A DNA stretch of 64,000 nucleotides from an uncultured Eubacteriales bacterium (lineage in GTDB: Bacteria; Bacillota; Clostridia; Christensenellales; CAG-1252), in assembly GCA_902797685.1 (NCBI GenBank), contig CADBTQ010000007.1, forward strand, positions 7,290 through 71,289, written 5' to 3'. Shown here in pieces: positions 29,229 through 37,806 of this stretch (position 1 is the stretch's first letter; every line of letters begins with the position of its first letter). The notes under the pieces are model-generated. The model was not told where the DNA came from. It ran no database searches and saw nothing but the letters and a program-made list of their open reading frames with translations. The position numbers and the translations under genes were made by a program.

Positions 29229-30680
29229 TTAATACGCTTTGGCGAAGTAGATCAATTTCCCTTTTCCGTTTAGGGGCTTGCCGCAGCAAACGCATTTGTC
29301 CCCGATGGGGGTTTGGTCAAAGGGCATACAGCGGGAACTCGCGGCGGTCAACTCTTTGATCTTGTCCTCGCAGGCGCGCTCGCCGCACCACATGGTACGC
29401 GCGAAGTGGCCGCTATCCACGGCGGCTTTGAGTTCGTCCACGTTGGCGACGTCCACGATATGGCTATCGCGGAAAGCGGTCGCCTTGACGAGCATATGGC
29501 GTTGCACGTCGTCAAGCAACTTGGCGATCTCGTCCGCCAACCCGTCCAAAGACAAGGTGTCTTTGCCGAAAGTGTCGCGGCGGGAGACCACGCACACGTT
29601 ATTTTCGATGTCGCGGGGACCGATCTCCACTCTGAGGGGCACGCCCTTCATCTCCCACTCGTTGAACTTCCAACCCGGAGATTGATCGCGATCGTCCAAT
29701 TCGACGCGGATGCCCGCCCCTTTGAGCAAAGCGGTCAACTCTTGCGCCTTTTCCAGCACGCCCGCCTTGTGCATCGCCACGGGGACGATCACCACTTGGA
29801 TGGGCGCGACCTTGGGGGGAAGCGCCAAACCGCGTTGGTCGCCGTGCGCCATTACCAGTGCGCCGATCAAACGGGTAGACACGCCCCAGCTGGATTGGTA
29901 GGGGTATTTGAGGGTGTTGTCCTTGTCAAGGTATTTGATATCGAACGCCTTGGCAAAGTTTTGTCCCAAGTTGTGCGAAGTGCCGCTTTGCAAGCTCTTG
30001 CCGTCCAACATCATCGCCTCGATGGTGTAGGTGGCGTCCGCACCCGCAAACTTTTCCTTATCCGTTTTGCGACCGGTCAGCATGGGGATAGCGAGCACGT
30101 TTTCGGCAAACTCGCGATACACCTCGAGCATTTGCAAGGTCTCTTCTTGCGCCTCTTCGGGGGTGCGGTGGGCGGTGTGACCCTCTTGCCACAAAAACTC
30201 GCTCGTCCTAAGGAAGGGGCGGGTGGTCTTTTCCCAACGTACCACGTTGGCCCATTGGTTGATCTTGACGGGGAGATCTCTCCACGACTGGATCCACTTG
30301 GCGTACATGGTGCCGATGATGGTCTCGCTGGTGGGGCGCACCACCAATTTTTCGGGCAACTCCTCGTTCCCGACGTGGGTCACCAAGGCGACTTCGGGCG
30401 CAAACCCTTCCACGTGCTCCGCCTCTTTGGTGAGGAAGCTGTACGGGATAAAGAGGGGGAAGTATGCGTTTTGATGTCCGGTCGCTTTGAAGCGAGCGTC
30501 CAATTCGTGCTGAATATTCTCCCACACGGCGTAACCGTAGGGACGGATGACCATCGTGCCCTTGACGGGGCCGTAGTCCACCATGCCCGTCTTAAGGACG
30601 ACGTCGGTGTACCATTGGGGGAAGTCCGCCTGCATGTCGGCGATCTCTTTGACAAAGGATTGTTCTTTTTTGTCTGCCAT
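29229..30680 (-). CDS. proS: Proline--tRNA ligase (archaeal/eukaryote-like short form)
   Basis: 483 aa: ..FPQWYTDVVLKTGMVDYGPVKGTMVIRPYGYAVWE.., ending ..YFAKAY. The start was placed at MADKKEQ behind AAGGAG. Confidence 0.92.
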   Translation of the reverse strand: MADKKEQSFVKEIADMQADFPQWYTDVVLKTGMVDYGPVKGTMVIRPYGYAVWENIQHELDARFKATGHQNAYFPLFIPYSFLTKEAEHVEGFAPEVALVTHVGNEELPEKLVVRPTSETIIGTMYAKWIQSWRDLPVKINQWANVVRWEKTTRPFLRTSEFLWQEGHTAHRTPEEAQEETLQMLEVYREFAENVLAIPMLTGRKTDKEKFAGADATYTIEAMMLDGKSLQSGTSHNLGQNFAKAFDIKYLDKDNTLKYPYQSSWGVSTRLIGALVMAHGDQRGLALPPKVAPIQVVIVPVAMHKAGVLEKAQELTALLKGAGIRVELDDRDQSPGWKFNEWEMKGVPLRVEIGPRDIENNVCVVSRRDTFGKDTLSLDGLADEIAKLLDDVQRHMLVKATAFRDSHIVDVANVDELKAAVDSGHFARTMWCGERACEDKIKELTAASSRCMPFDQTPIGDKCVCCGKPLNGKGKLIYFAKAY

Positions 30681-30823
30681 AGTCAACTCCTTGTTGTTTG
30701 CGTTTATTGCGTACTCATTATACACGCCCGCGCCCAAAAAGTAAATAAATTATCTTTGTTTTTGTGGTATATCCTCGCAAAGTGTTGTATAATGGGGTTA
30801 CGATAGTTCGCAAGGAGAACAAT

Positions 30824-32125
30824 ATGCAAGATTACGACAAGCAAGTAGTGGACACTTTGTCCGATCTCATCCATTTCAATACGGTCGAAGCCCCCGCGGC
30901 GGGGGAGGGCGCCCCCTTCGGTTTGGGCGTCAAAGCGGCTTTGGATTATACCCTCCGCCTGTTGGAGAGTTGGGGCTTTCGCACCCGCAACTTAGACGGC
31001 TATTGCGGTTGGGCGGAAGTCGGCGAAGGCGACCTCTTCGGGGTGCTGTGCCACTTGGATACCGTGCCTTTGGGCGAGGGATGGCGTTACGATCCTTTGT
31101 CCGCCACCATCGCGGACGGCAAACTGTACGGCAGAGGCTCCCAAGACGACAAAGGACCTTTCGTCGCCAGCCTGTACGCGCTCAAAGAGTTGTTGGACGA
31201 GGGCAAGATTCCCTCTAAGCGCGTCCGCTTTATCTTCGGTTGCAACGAGGAGACGGGTTGGCAATGTATGGACCGCTACCTCGCCACCGAGGAGCATCCC
31301 GTGATGGCGATCAGCCCCGACGGCGATTTCCCCGTCATCAACTGCGAAAAGGGGTTGGGACACTTCGAATTGGTGTTCGACCGCCCCGAGTGGTTGCTCG
31401 ATCTCAACGCGGGCTACCGCGTCAACATGGTGCCCGATAAGGCGTATGCCCGCGTCAAGGGCATCGGCGACAGATTGGGCGACGCCCCCTCGCACGGCGT
31501 AGACGTGGAGTGGGACGGGGACGAGTGCGTTTTGAGAGCCAGTGGCAAATCGGCGCACGGCTCCACCCCGTGGTTGGGCGAAAACGCCCTTCTCAAGATC
31601 CTGTCCGTATTGGTGGGCGTGGACGAGGTCGCGACCGCTTTGGGCAAGGGCTTGTCCCGCACCAACGGCTCGGCGGCGGGCGTGGGCTTCCACGACGACC
31701 AGTCGGGGGACTTGTCCCTCAACGCCGGTTACGCCAGATTGGAAGACGGCTGCCTCAAAGTGGGTTTGGATATCCGTTTCCCCATTTCCTTCTCGCACGA
31801 GATGGTCACGCACGGCTTGGAGAGCGCTTTCCCCATGGCGAAAGTCGTGCTCAAACACGCCCATCCCAGCTTGTACCTCGCGCCCGATCATCCCCTGGTG
31901 TCCGCCCTCTTGGATTCGTACGCCGAAGTGATGGGAGAGCGTCCCGCCCCCTTGTGCATCGGCGGCGCGACCTATGCGCGCGCCCTTCCCAACGCGGTGG
32001 CGTTCGGTCCCGTCTTCCCGGGGGACGAGGAGATGTGTCACCAAGTGGACGAGTACGTCCGACTGGATCGCTTGGTGCAAATGCGCCGCATTTACAAAGT
32101 GGCGTTTGAAAAGATCTGTTTTTAG
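30824..32125 (+). CDS. M20-family dipeptidase (PepV/Sapep-like)
   Basis: ..CHLDTVPLGEGWRYDPLSATIADGKLYGRGSQDDKGP..; start at MQDYDKQ behind AAGGAG. Confidence 0.8.
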   Translation: MQDYDKQVVDTLSDLIHFNTVEAPAAGEGAPFGLGVKAALDYTLRLLESWGFRTRNLDGYCGWAEVGEGDLFGVLCHLDTVPLGEGWRYDPLSATIADGKLYGRGSQDDKGPFVASLYALKELLDEGKIPSKRVRFIFGCNEETGWQCMDRYLATEEHPVMAISPDGDFPVINCEKGLGHFELVFDRPEWLLDLNAGYRVNMVPDKAYARVKGIGDRLGDAPSHGVDVEWDGDECVLRASGKSAHGSTPWLGENALLKILSVLVGVDEVATALGKGLSRTNGSAAGVGFHDDQSGDLSLNAGYARLEDGCLKVGLDIRFPISFSHEMVTHGLESAFPMAKVVLKHAHPSLYLAPDHPLVSALLDSYAEVMGERPAPLCIGGATYARALPNAVAFGPVFPGDEEMCHQVDEYVRLDRLVQMRRIYKVAFEKICF

Positions 32126-32228
32126 GCGATCGCGCCGAAATCGACAAACATTGAATTATTGGGGGACGTTAGACGACTAACGCCCCTTTTTTTGATCGGA
32201 ATGATGGCTAACTTGTCCCGTTTGTCGC

Positions 32229-32972
32229 TTACACCAACACCGCCACGATCGATAGGCAAAAGGTGTAGATACCGAAGATCAGGTAGCTTTGCCCAAAGGC
32301 TTTGAGCATCAGGCGCAAGCCGACGAGCCCCGATACGAAAGCGGACAAGGTCGCGGCGGCGAGGGTGATGGGAGACAGCCCCGCCAAAGACACCCCTTTG
32401 ACGATCTCCAGCCCGAGCCCGCCCACGATGACGGGAATGGACGCCAAAAAGGACAACGTCACCGCCCTCTCTTGGGGGATGCCCGCTATGCGCATGGCGG
32501 TCACGGTGGCGCCCGAACGGCTTAGCCCCGGCAGCACCGCGATCCCGTGTACCGCGCCCACCCACAAGGCGTTGGGGACGGAGAGTTTTTTGTCCCCTTT
32601 GGGCAGGGTGCGCGCGAAAAGCAACAGCACCGACGTACCCAAAAATCCCAACGGTAGCCACGCCCCCTCCACCAAGGAGGGCGCCCATTTGGTCAGCGCA
32701 AAAGCGACCCCCGCCGTGGGCAAGCACAGAAGAGCGAGCCACCACGTCCCTGCTCTCACGGGGTGCCGTATGCACGCCCATATCTCCCGCCTCATCACGA
32801 TCCCCACCGCTACGAGGGTGGCAAGGTGAAGCAACAGGTTGAGAAAAACCGAGGGCGGCGCCACCCCCATTCGCTCCAAAAGAAGCAAGTGTCCGCTACT
32901 GGATACGGGCAAAAACTCGGTCAGCCCTTGGGTCAGTCCCAACAGCAATCCCTTCAACAAGTCCAACCACAT
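32229..32972 (-). CDS. uppP: Undecaprenyl-diphosphate phosphatase
   Basis: MWLDLLKGLLLGLTQGLTEFLPVSSSGHLLL...; 247 aa, multi-TM. Confidence 0.9.
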   Translation of the reverse strand: MWLDLLKGLLLGLTQGLTEFLPVSSSGHLLLLERMGVAPPSVFLNLLLHLATLVAVGIVMRREIWACIRHPVRAGTWWLALLCLPTAGVAFALTKWAPSLVEGAWLPLGFLGTSVLLLFARTLPKGDKKLSVPNALWVGAVHGIAVLPGLSRSGATVTAMRIAGIPQERAVTLSFLASIPVIVGGLGLEIVKGVSLAGLSPITLAAATLSAFVSGLVGLRLMLKAFGQSYLIFGIYTFCLSIVAVLV

Positions 32973-33108
32973 ACAAAACCCCCGTCAAAAGATTGAAAAA
33001 ACGCCGCGCTTGGTGTATAATAGTAGTCCGAGACAAATGCGCAAGCATTTGCTATACGACAAAATACAGTATGTGGCAGCCCCTTGGGGTATGCTCAAAG
33101 GACGAGAT

Positions 33109-34200
33109 ATGAAATTAGGTGTGGTAGGACTGCCCAACGTGGGCAAATCGACGTTGTTTAACGCCATTACGCAAGCGGGTGCCGAGTGCGCCAACTATCC
33201 CTTTTGCACGATAGAGCCCAACGTGGGCGTGGTCGCCGTGCCCGACCATCGCCTCGCCAAATTGGCGGCGTTGTACGACAGCCAAAAGGTGACCCCCGCG
33301 GTGTTGGAGTTTGTGGACATCGCCGGGCTCGTCAAGGGGGCGAGCCAAGGGGAAGGCTTGGGCAACAAGTTCCTCTCCCACATCCGCGAAGTGGACGCCA
33401 TCGTGCACGTGGTGCGCTGTTTTGACGACGGCAACATCACCCACGTGGACGGCAAAGTGGATCCCGTGTCCGACGTGGAGACCATCGACTACGAGTTGAT
33501 CTTTGCGGACATGGACACGGTGGCTCGCCGCGTCGCCCGCATCAAAAACGCCGCCAAGAGCGGGGACAAAAAATTGCTCGTCGAGTTGGAAGCGGTGGAA
33601 AAGATCGCCTCGCTGTTGGAGCAAGGCCGTCCCGTGCGGGATATGGGCTTGACCCCCGAGGAGTACGCCTTCGTCGCCGACTTGTTTTTGCTGACCGCCA
33701 AACCCGTGATCTACGTCGCCAACATCGGCGAAAACGACATCGGCAAAGAGGACAACGCCCACGTGTCGGCGCTTAAAGCCATCGCCCGAAAAGAGGGCGC
33801 CGAGGTGATCGTATTGTGCGCCAAGGTGGAAGAGGAATTGGCGGCTCTGAGTCCCGAAGACCACGCCATGTTCGCCGAGGAATACGGCATCAAGGAGAGC
33901 GGTTTGGATCTTTTGATCAAGGTGGGTTACAAGACGCTCGGCTTGATCTCTTTCCTCACCGCGGGCGAAAAGGAGACCCGCGCTTGGACTATCACCCAGG
34001 GCACCAAAGCCCCCCAAGCCGCGGGCAAGATCCACACCGATTTCGAAAAGGGCTTTATCCGCGCCGAGATCGTCAACTGGCAAGACCTGTTGGATTGCGG
34101 CTCCCTCAACGTCGCCAAGGAGAGGGGATTGTTGCGCAGCGAAGGCAAGGAATACGTGATGAAAGACGGAGACGTGGTGTTGTTCCGCTTTAACGTGTAG
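33109..34200 (+). CDS. ychF: Redox-regulated ATPase YchF
   Basis: [21 protein letters not shown]...; 363 aa. The longer ORF-track start at 32839 overlaps uppP and is rejected. Confidence 0.92.
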   Translation: MKLGVVGLPNVGKSTLFNAITQAGAECANYPFCTIEPNVGVVAVPDHRLAKLAALYDSQKVTPAVLEFVDIAGLVKGASQGEGLGNKFLSHIREVDAIVHVVRCFDDGNITHVDGKVDPVSDVETIDYELIFADMDTVARRVARIKNAAKSGDKKLLVELEAVEKIASLLEQGRPVRDMGLTPEEYAFVADLFLLTAKPVIYVANIGENDIGKEDNAHVSALKAIARKEGAEVIVLCAKVEEELAALSPEDHAMFAEEYGIKESGLDLLIKVGYKTLGLISFLTAGEKETRAWTITQGTKAPQAAGKIHTDFEKGFIRAEIVNWQDLLDCGSLNVAKERGLLRSEGKEYVMKDGDVVLFRFNV

Positions 34201-34208
34201 GAGGAGAT

Positions 34209-35888
34209 ATGGACTACAAGAGAGAGATCGCCAAACTATTTGCCCCTCACCTCACCGAGGAGGAGGCGTACAGCCTGCTCGTGCCCCCCAAGGATATCGC
34301 CATGGGGGATATTTGCTTGCCCTGTTTTCGCTTGGCAAAGACCATGCGTATGTCTCCCGTCGCTATCGCCGACAAGTTGGCGGCGGAATTGACCTTGCCC
34401 CCCTTCGTCGCCGAAGTCAAATCGGTAGCGGGCTACCTCAATTTCAAGTTCAGTTCGCACGACTTCGCCTCCACCGTGTTGGGCAACGTGTTGTCCCAAG
34501 GGGCGGTTTACGGCAAGTCGGACTTGGGCGCAGGCAAGACCGTGTGCATCGATTATAGCTCCATCAATATCGCCAAACCCTTCCATATCGGGCATTTGTC
34601 CACCACCGTGTTGGGCGCGGCGCTCTACCGGCTGTATAAGGAGTTGGGCTACAACGTCGTGGGCATCAATCACCTGGGGGATTGGGGCACCCAATTCGGC
34701 AAGTTGATAGTCGCCTATCACAAGTGGTCGTCCAAAGAGGAGATCGAGCGTGGCGGCGTGCGCAAGTTGGTGGAGATCTACGTCAAGTTCCACCAAGAGG
34801 CGGAAGACCATCCCGAGTTGGACGAGGAAGCGCGCTCTTGGTTCAAAAAGTTGGAAGACGGGGACGAGGAAGCGGTGTCTTTGTGGAAGTGGTTCAAGGA
34901 GATCACCCTCGCGGACGACGTGCCCATTTACGACCGCTTGGGGGTGCATTTCGACTCTTACGCGGGCGAAAGCTTTTACAACGACAAGATGGACGCCGTG
35001 GTGGACGAGTTGGCTGCCAAGGGGTTGCTGACCCTCTCGGACGGGGCGCAGATCGTGGAACTGGACGGCATGCCCCCCTGCATCATCCGCAAGTCGGACG
35101 GGGCGACTCTGTACGCCACCCGCGATTTGGCGGCGGCGTTTTACCGCAAGTCCACCTACGACTTCGCCAAGTGTCTGTACGTGGTGGCGTATCAACAAAA
35201 CCTCCACTTCAAGCAATGGTTCGAGGTGGTACACAAGATGGGCTACGAGTGGTACAAGGACTTGGAGCACGTGGCGTTCGGTATGGTGAGTTTGGAGGAC
35301 GGCGCCATGAGCACCCGCAAGGGCAACGCCGTGTGGCTGACGGACGTACTGGATAAGGCGGTGGAGAAAGCCGCCGAGATCATCAAGCAAAAGTCCCCCG
35401 ACCTCGACGATCCCAACGAAGTCGCCGAGATGGTGGGCGTGGGTAGCGTCATCTTTTCGGCACTCATCAACAACCGTATCAAGGACATCGAGTTCCGCTA
35501 CGACAAGATCCTCAATTTCGACGGGGAGACCTGCCCCTACGTGCAATACACCCACGCCCGCTGTGCGTCTTTGCTCGCCAAAGCGGGGGAGTGGCAAGCG
35601 CCCCGAGATTACGGCGCCCTCTCGGACGACGTCGCCAAGGACATCCTGCGCAATTTGGAGAGGTACCCCTCTCTGCTCAGGGAAGCCGCCGACAAAAACG
35701 AGCCGAGCATGATCACCCGCCACGTGGTGGATCTGTGCAAGTTGTACAACAAGTTCTACTTTGACAACAAGATCCTCACCGCTCCCGACGGCGTGCGCGA
35801 AGCCCGCTTGGCGTTGACTTTAGCGGTCAAGACGGTGATGGAAAACGGCATGGCGATCATCGGCATCCGCTTGCCGGACAAGATGTAG
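34209..35888 (+). CDS. argS: Arginine--tRNA ligase
   Basis: 559 aa: ..SSINIAKPFHIGHLSTTVLG.. (HIGH) and ..MSTRKG.. (KMSK-like). Confidence 0.93.
   Translation: MDYKREIAKLFAPHLTEEEAYSLLVPPKDIAMGDICLPCFRLAKTMRMSPVAIADKLAAELTLPPFVAEVKSVAGYLNFKFSSHDFASTVLGNVLSQGAVYGKSDLGAGKTVCIDYSSINIAKPFHIGHLSTTVLGAALYRLYKELGYNVVGINHLGDWGTQFGKLIVAYHKWSSKEEIERGGVRKLVEIYVKFHQEAEDHPELDEEARSWFKKLEDGDEEAVSLWKWFKEITLADDVPIYDRLGVHFDSYAGESFYNDKMDAVVDELAAKGLLTLSDGAQIVELDGMPPCIIRKSDGATLYATRDLAAAFYRKSTYDFAKCLYVVAYQQNLHFKQWFEVVHKMGYEWYKDLEHVAFGMVSLEDGAMSTRKGNAVWLTDVLDKAVEKAAEIIKQKSPDLDDPNEVAEMVGVGSVIFSALINNRIKDIEFRYDKILNFDGETCPYVQYTHARCASLLAKAGEWQAPRDYGALSDDVAKDILRNLERYPSLLREAADKNEPSMITRHVVDLCKLYNKFYFDNKILTAPDGVREARLALTLAVKTVMENGMAIIGIRLPDKM
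35829..35888 (+). repeat. Left copy of a perfect 60-bp direct repeat (last 60 nt of argS including the stop)
   Basis: AAGACGGTGATGGAAAACGGCATGGCGATCATCGGCATCCGCTTGCCGGACAAGATGTAG is identical to 37444-37503. Confidence 0.95.
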
Positions 35889-35985
35889 AATTCATAGCTA
35901 TTCGTCTTGGTGTGGGTCATATTATAGATATATTGTGCTATAATATGCAGTCATGGGCGTGGTTTTCACCGACATATTATTATCA

Positions 35986-36032
35986 ATAGAGAGCAACGCG
36001 GGCAGTTTTAATCTGCCCGCGTTGCTCTCTAT
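35986..36032. terminator. Perfect 20-bp-stem hairpin between argS and the convergent XRE gene
   Basis: ATAGAGAGCAACGCGGGCAG-ttttaat-CTGCCCGCGTTGCTCTCTAT. The right arm contains the XRE stop codon. Confidence 0.65.
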
Positions 36033-36250
36033 TTGATATTTATGGTTAAACCCAAAAAGTAATCTGCCGAAATGCCATACACCAATGACATTCTTCGTAG
36101 AATATCATATCCAGGTTTTGCTTTCCCATGCAGCCATTCGCTTACTTGGCTTTGCTTTACGCCTATCGTCTGTGCGAACGCGCTTTGAGATAGATTTTTT
36201 TCAATTAAAAAATCTTCTAGTATTTCACTAAACGTAACCTCTGTCTCCAT
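36029..36250 (-). CDS. XRE-family helix-turn-helix regulator (73 aa)
   Basis: ..LSQSAFAQTIGVKQSQVSEWLHGKAKPGYDILRRMSLVYGISADYFLG.. is a classic HTH_3-type sequence. Confidence 0.85.
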   Translation of the reverse strand: METEVTFSEILEDFLIEKNLSQSAFAQTIGVKQSQVSEWLHGKAKPGYDILRRMSLVYGISADYFLGLTINIK

Positions 36251-36261
36251 ATGGTCATTAT

Positions 36262-36313
36262 ATAGAATATTCTATTAGCGCGTCTTGACATATAGAATAT
36301 TCTATTATATAAT
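36262..36313. promoter_or_regulatory. Two copies of the 14-bp perfect palindrome ATAGAATATTCTAT; the second fills the spacer of a consensus TTGACA-N17-TATAAT promoter
   Basis: Palindromes at 36262-36275 and 36292-36305. TTGACA at 36285-36290 and TATAAT at 36308-36313, facing the + strand gene at 36341. Confidence 0.7.
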
Positions 36314-36340
36314 TTTAGCAACGAGTGACTGAGGTGGACT

Positions 36341-37435
36341 ATGGACGAAAATGATCAAGTTGAACTAAGAACGCAAGATGCAAATTCTTTTTTTTCTTCG
36401 TTACCTTTATATCATAGATCAAAGATTCTTAACCAGTATGTAGAGGAGGACAAGGAATATAGAAAAAAGTTGAGTGTAGGAATGCTTTCTCTCCTTCTCG
36501 CCGGCGGGGTAATTCTTGGGGGCGTATCAATTATTACATGGTGTTTTGACGAGGTTATAGGTTTCTCGATATTTATTGCTTTTTTGGTATTTGAGCTTGT
36601 TATGACCATAATTATTGGATTGGTCTGGCATAATGCAATTAAAAAAGGAGTCATGAGCAAAAGGAAACGTTCTTTAATGACGGAATCGGAGTTATGTGCC
36701 GATTATCTTGATAATCATCATCATGAAGTGATAATTCTTCAAAAGCGATATGCCGATATGATGGAAAACCATTTCTCCCCATCAAGTGTTTATTTGTTGC
36801 CAAACAAATATGAATTATATCTTGATAATGTAGCAAAGAGGTTTTGTCTCTTCCAATCATACAATGCAAAGTATTACGACTATAAGGACATAATAGGATA
36901 TGAGGTTTATCAAAACGAACAAGAAATGTCTTACCAAAGTGGGAATAGCGGGAAAGCCCTTCTGGGTGGTCTTGTTCTTGGTGTACCGGGCGCTATTGCA
37001 GGTGCCGCTGGATCTAGGCATATTAAACTTGAAAAAACGATAACCAATTTATCTTTGATTATTAAAGTTAATGATCCCTTAGAACCTATTATTCGGATTG
37101 TCTATCTTAATTCAAATCAACCATCACCCCCTGTTGTTGAAGGAACAGAACGACATAGTTCACTGCAACATAGCATACAAGAAATTTGCGCAGTGATTGA
37201 AATAATGAAATCACAAGCAAATAAGCCTCATACGAACCCAAATACAAAATCACCTATACCCGATGCCACCAATAATACTACAGTAGTCGCAAGGTTGCCA
37301 AGACAGCACATTATTAATAATGAAACTGATATAAAATCACGATTAACGGAATTGAAAGACTGGCACGATGAAGGACTAATTTCCGACGATGACTACGAAG
37401 AACTAAAAAAACAAGCACTATCTAAGTTGCGGTAA
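36341..37435 (+). CDS. Membrane protein with two TM helices, a glycine-zipper segment and a C-terminal SHOCT domain (364 aa)
   Basis: TM helices LSVGMLSLLLAGGVILGGVSIITW and FSIFIAFLVFELVMTIIIGLVW. Glycine zipper GKALLGGLVLGVPGAIAGAAGS. C-terminus RLTELKDWHDEGLISDDDYEELKKQALSKL (SHOCT pattern). Confidence 0.75.
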   Translation: MDENDQVELRTQDANSFFSSLPLYHRSKILNQYVEEDKEYRKKLSVGMLSLLLAGGVILGGVSIITWCFDEVIGFSIFIAFLVFELVMTIIIGLVWHNAIKKGVMSKRKRSLMTESELCADYLDNHHHEVIILQKRYADMMENHFSPSSVYLLPNKYELYLDNVAKRFCLFQSYNAKYYDYKDIIGYEVYQNEQEMSYQSGNSGKALLGGLVLGVPGAIAGAAGSRHIKLEKTITNLSLIIKVNDPLEPIIRIVYLNSNQPSPPVVEGTERHSSLQHSIQEICAVIEIMKSQANKPHTNPNTKSPIPDATNNTTVVARLPRQHIINNETDIKSRLTELKDWHDEGLISDDDYEELKKQALSKLR

Positions 37436-37443
37436 TATTAGAT

Positions 37444-37503
37444 AAGACGGTGATGGAAAACGGCATGGCGATCATCGGCATCCGCTTGCCGGACAAGATG
37501 TAG
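37444..37503 (+). repeat. Right copy of the 60-bp direct repeat (orphan argS 3' fragment)
   Basis: Identical to 35829-35888. Confidence 0.95.
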
Positions 37504-37655
37504 TAACGCCAAAGCGAAATGATGTTTCGCCTAATGGCGAAGTGATGTATGCGCCAAGCGCAAATGATGTTATTGGCTTGCGCCAAAAGTGATGTTTTCT
37601 TTGCAAATTGCAAAGAAAGTGATGGAAGCCGCACAGCGTGCGGCTTTTTTGATGG
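37504..37655. repeat. Hairpin array C with recurring RTGATGK motif
   Basis: ATGATGT at 37519, GTGATGT at 37542, ATGATGT at 37564, GTGATGT at 37589, GTGATGG at 37619 and TTGATGG at 37649. Interleaved with GCGAA/TTCGC, GGCG/CGCC and GCGCAA/TTGCGC stems and the 21-bp palindrome TTCTTTGCAA-a-TTGCAAAGAA. Confidence 0.7.
37628..37650 (+). terminator. Rho-independent terminator, probably the native argS terminator
   Basis: GCCGCAC-agc-GTGCGGC followed by TTTTTT. Confidence 0.7.
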
Positions 37656-37806
37656 GATTTTCCTTGATTCGTTAGTTGAAGGGGTGACCATGACGGCGAA
37701 CGCATTTTTCGGTCGGCGGCGAAAACTTTTTGTGTTTCCGCTTGAAAACCCGCTTTCCGTTGTGTTACTATTAAAAGAAAAGGGTGCTTTCTTATTATAT
37801 AGAACG

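Larger units (their letters stand above)
35889..37443. mobile_element. AT-richer 1555-bp insertion bounded by the 60-bp argS 3'-end duplication (att-like); no recombinase gene inside
   Basis: Flanking perfect direct repeats, a visibly lower GC than the neighbours, and cargo consisting of an XRE regulator plus a SHOCT membrane protein. Confidence 0.6.

Noticed and set aside
28744-29295. Diversity-generating retroelement hypothesis for the four-helix-bundle (Avd-like) gene, and the 183-aa long form of its ORF
   Set aside because: There is no reverse transcriptase and no template/variable repeat pair with A-specific mismatches in the window. The N-terminal 64 codons of the long ORF are read from the hairpin array.
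30681-30823. T-box or other leader riboswitch for proS; likewise for argS at 34201-34208 and guaB at 6848-6997
   Set aside because: The intergenic regions are too short for a T-box or purine riboswitch (143 nt shared by two divergent promoters; 8 nt; about 30-nt leader). No specifier or T-box sequence was seen.
32839-33108. Upstream extension of ychF (ORF-track start at 32839) overlapping uppP
   Set aside because: The YchF P-loop N-terminus ([15 protein letters not shown]) begins at 33109. The extension overlaps the convergent uppP coding region and looks like random sequence.
37549-37806. N-terminal extension of the helicase ORF (start at 37549 in the ORF track)
   Set aside because: The extension would be translated from the hairpin array and across a canonical terminator (37628-37650). 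Helicase homology begins at MTDQEFW (37807).
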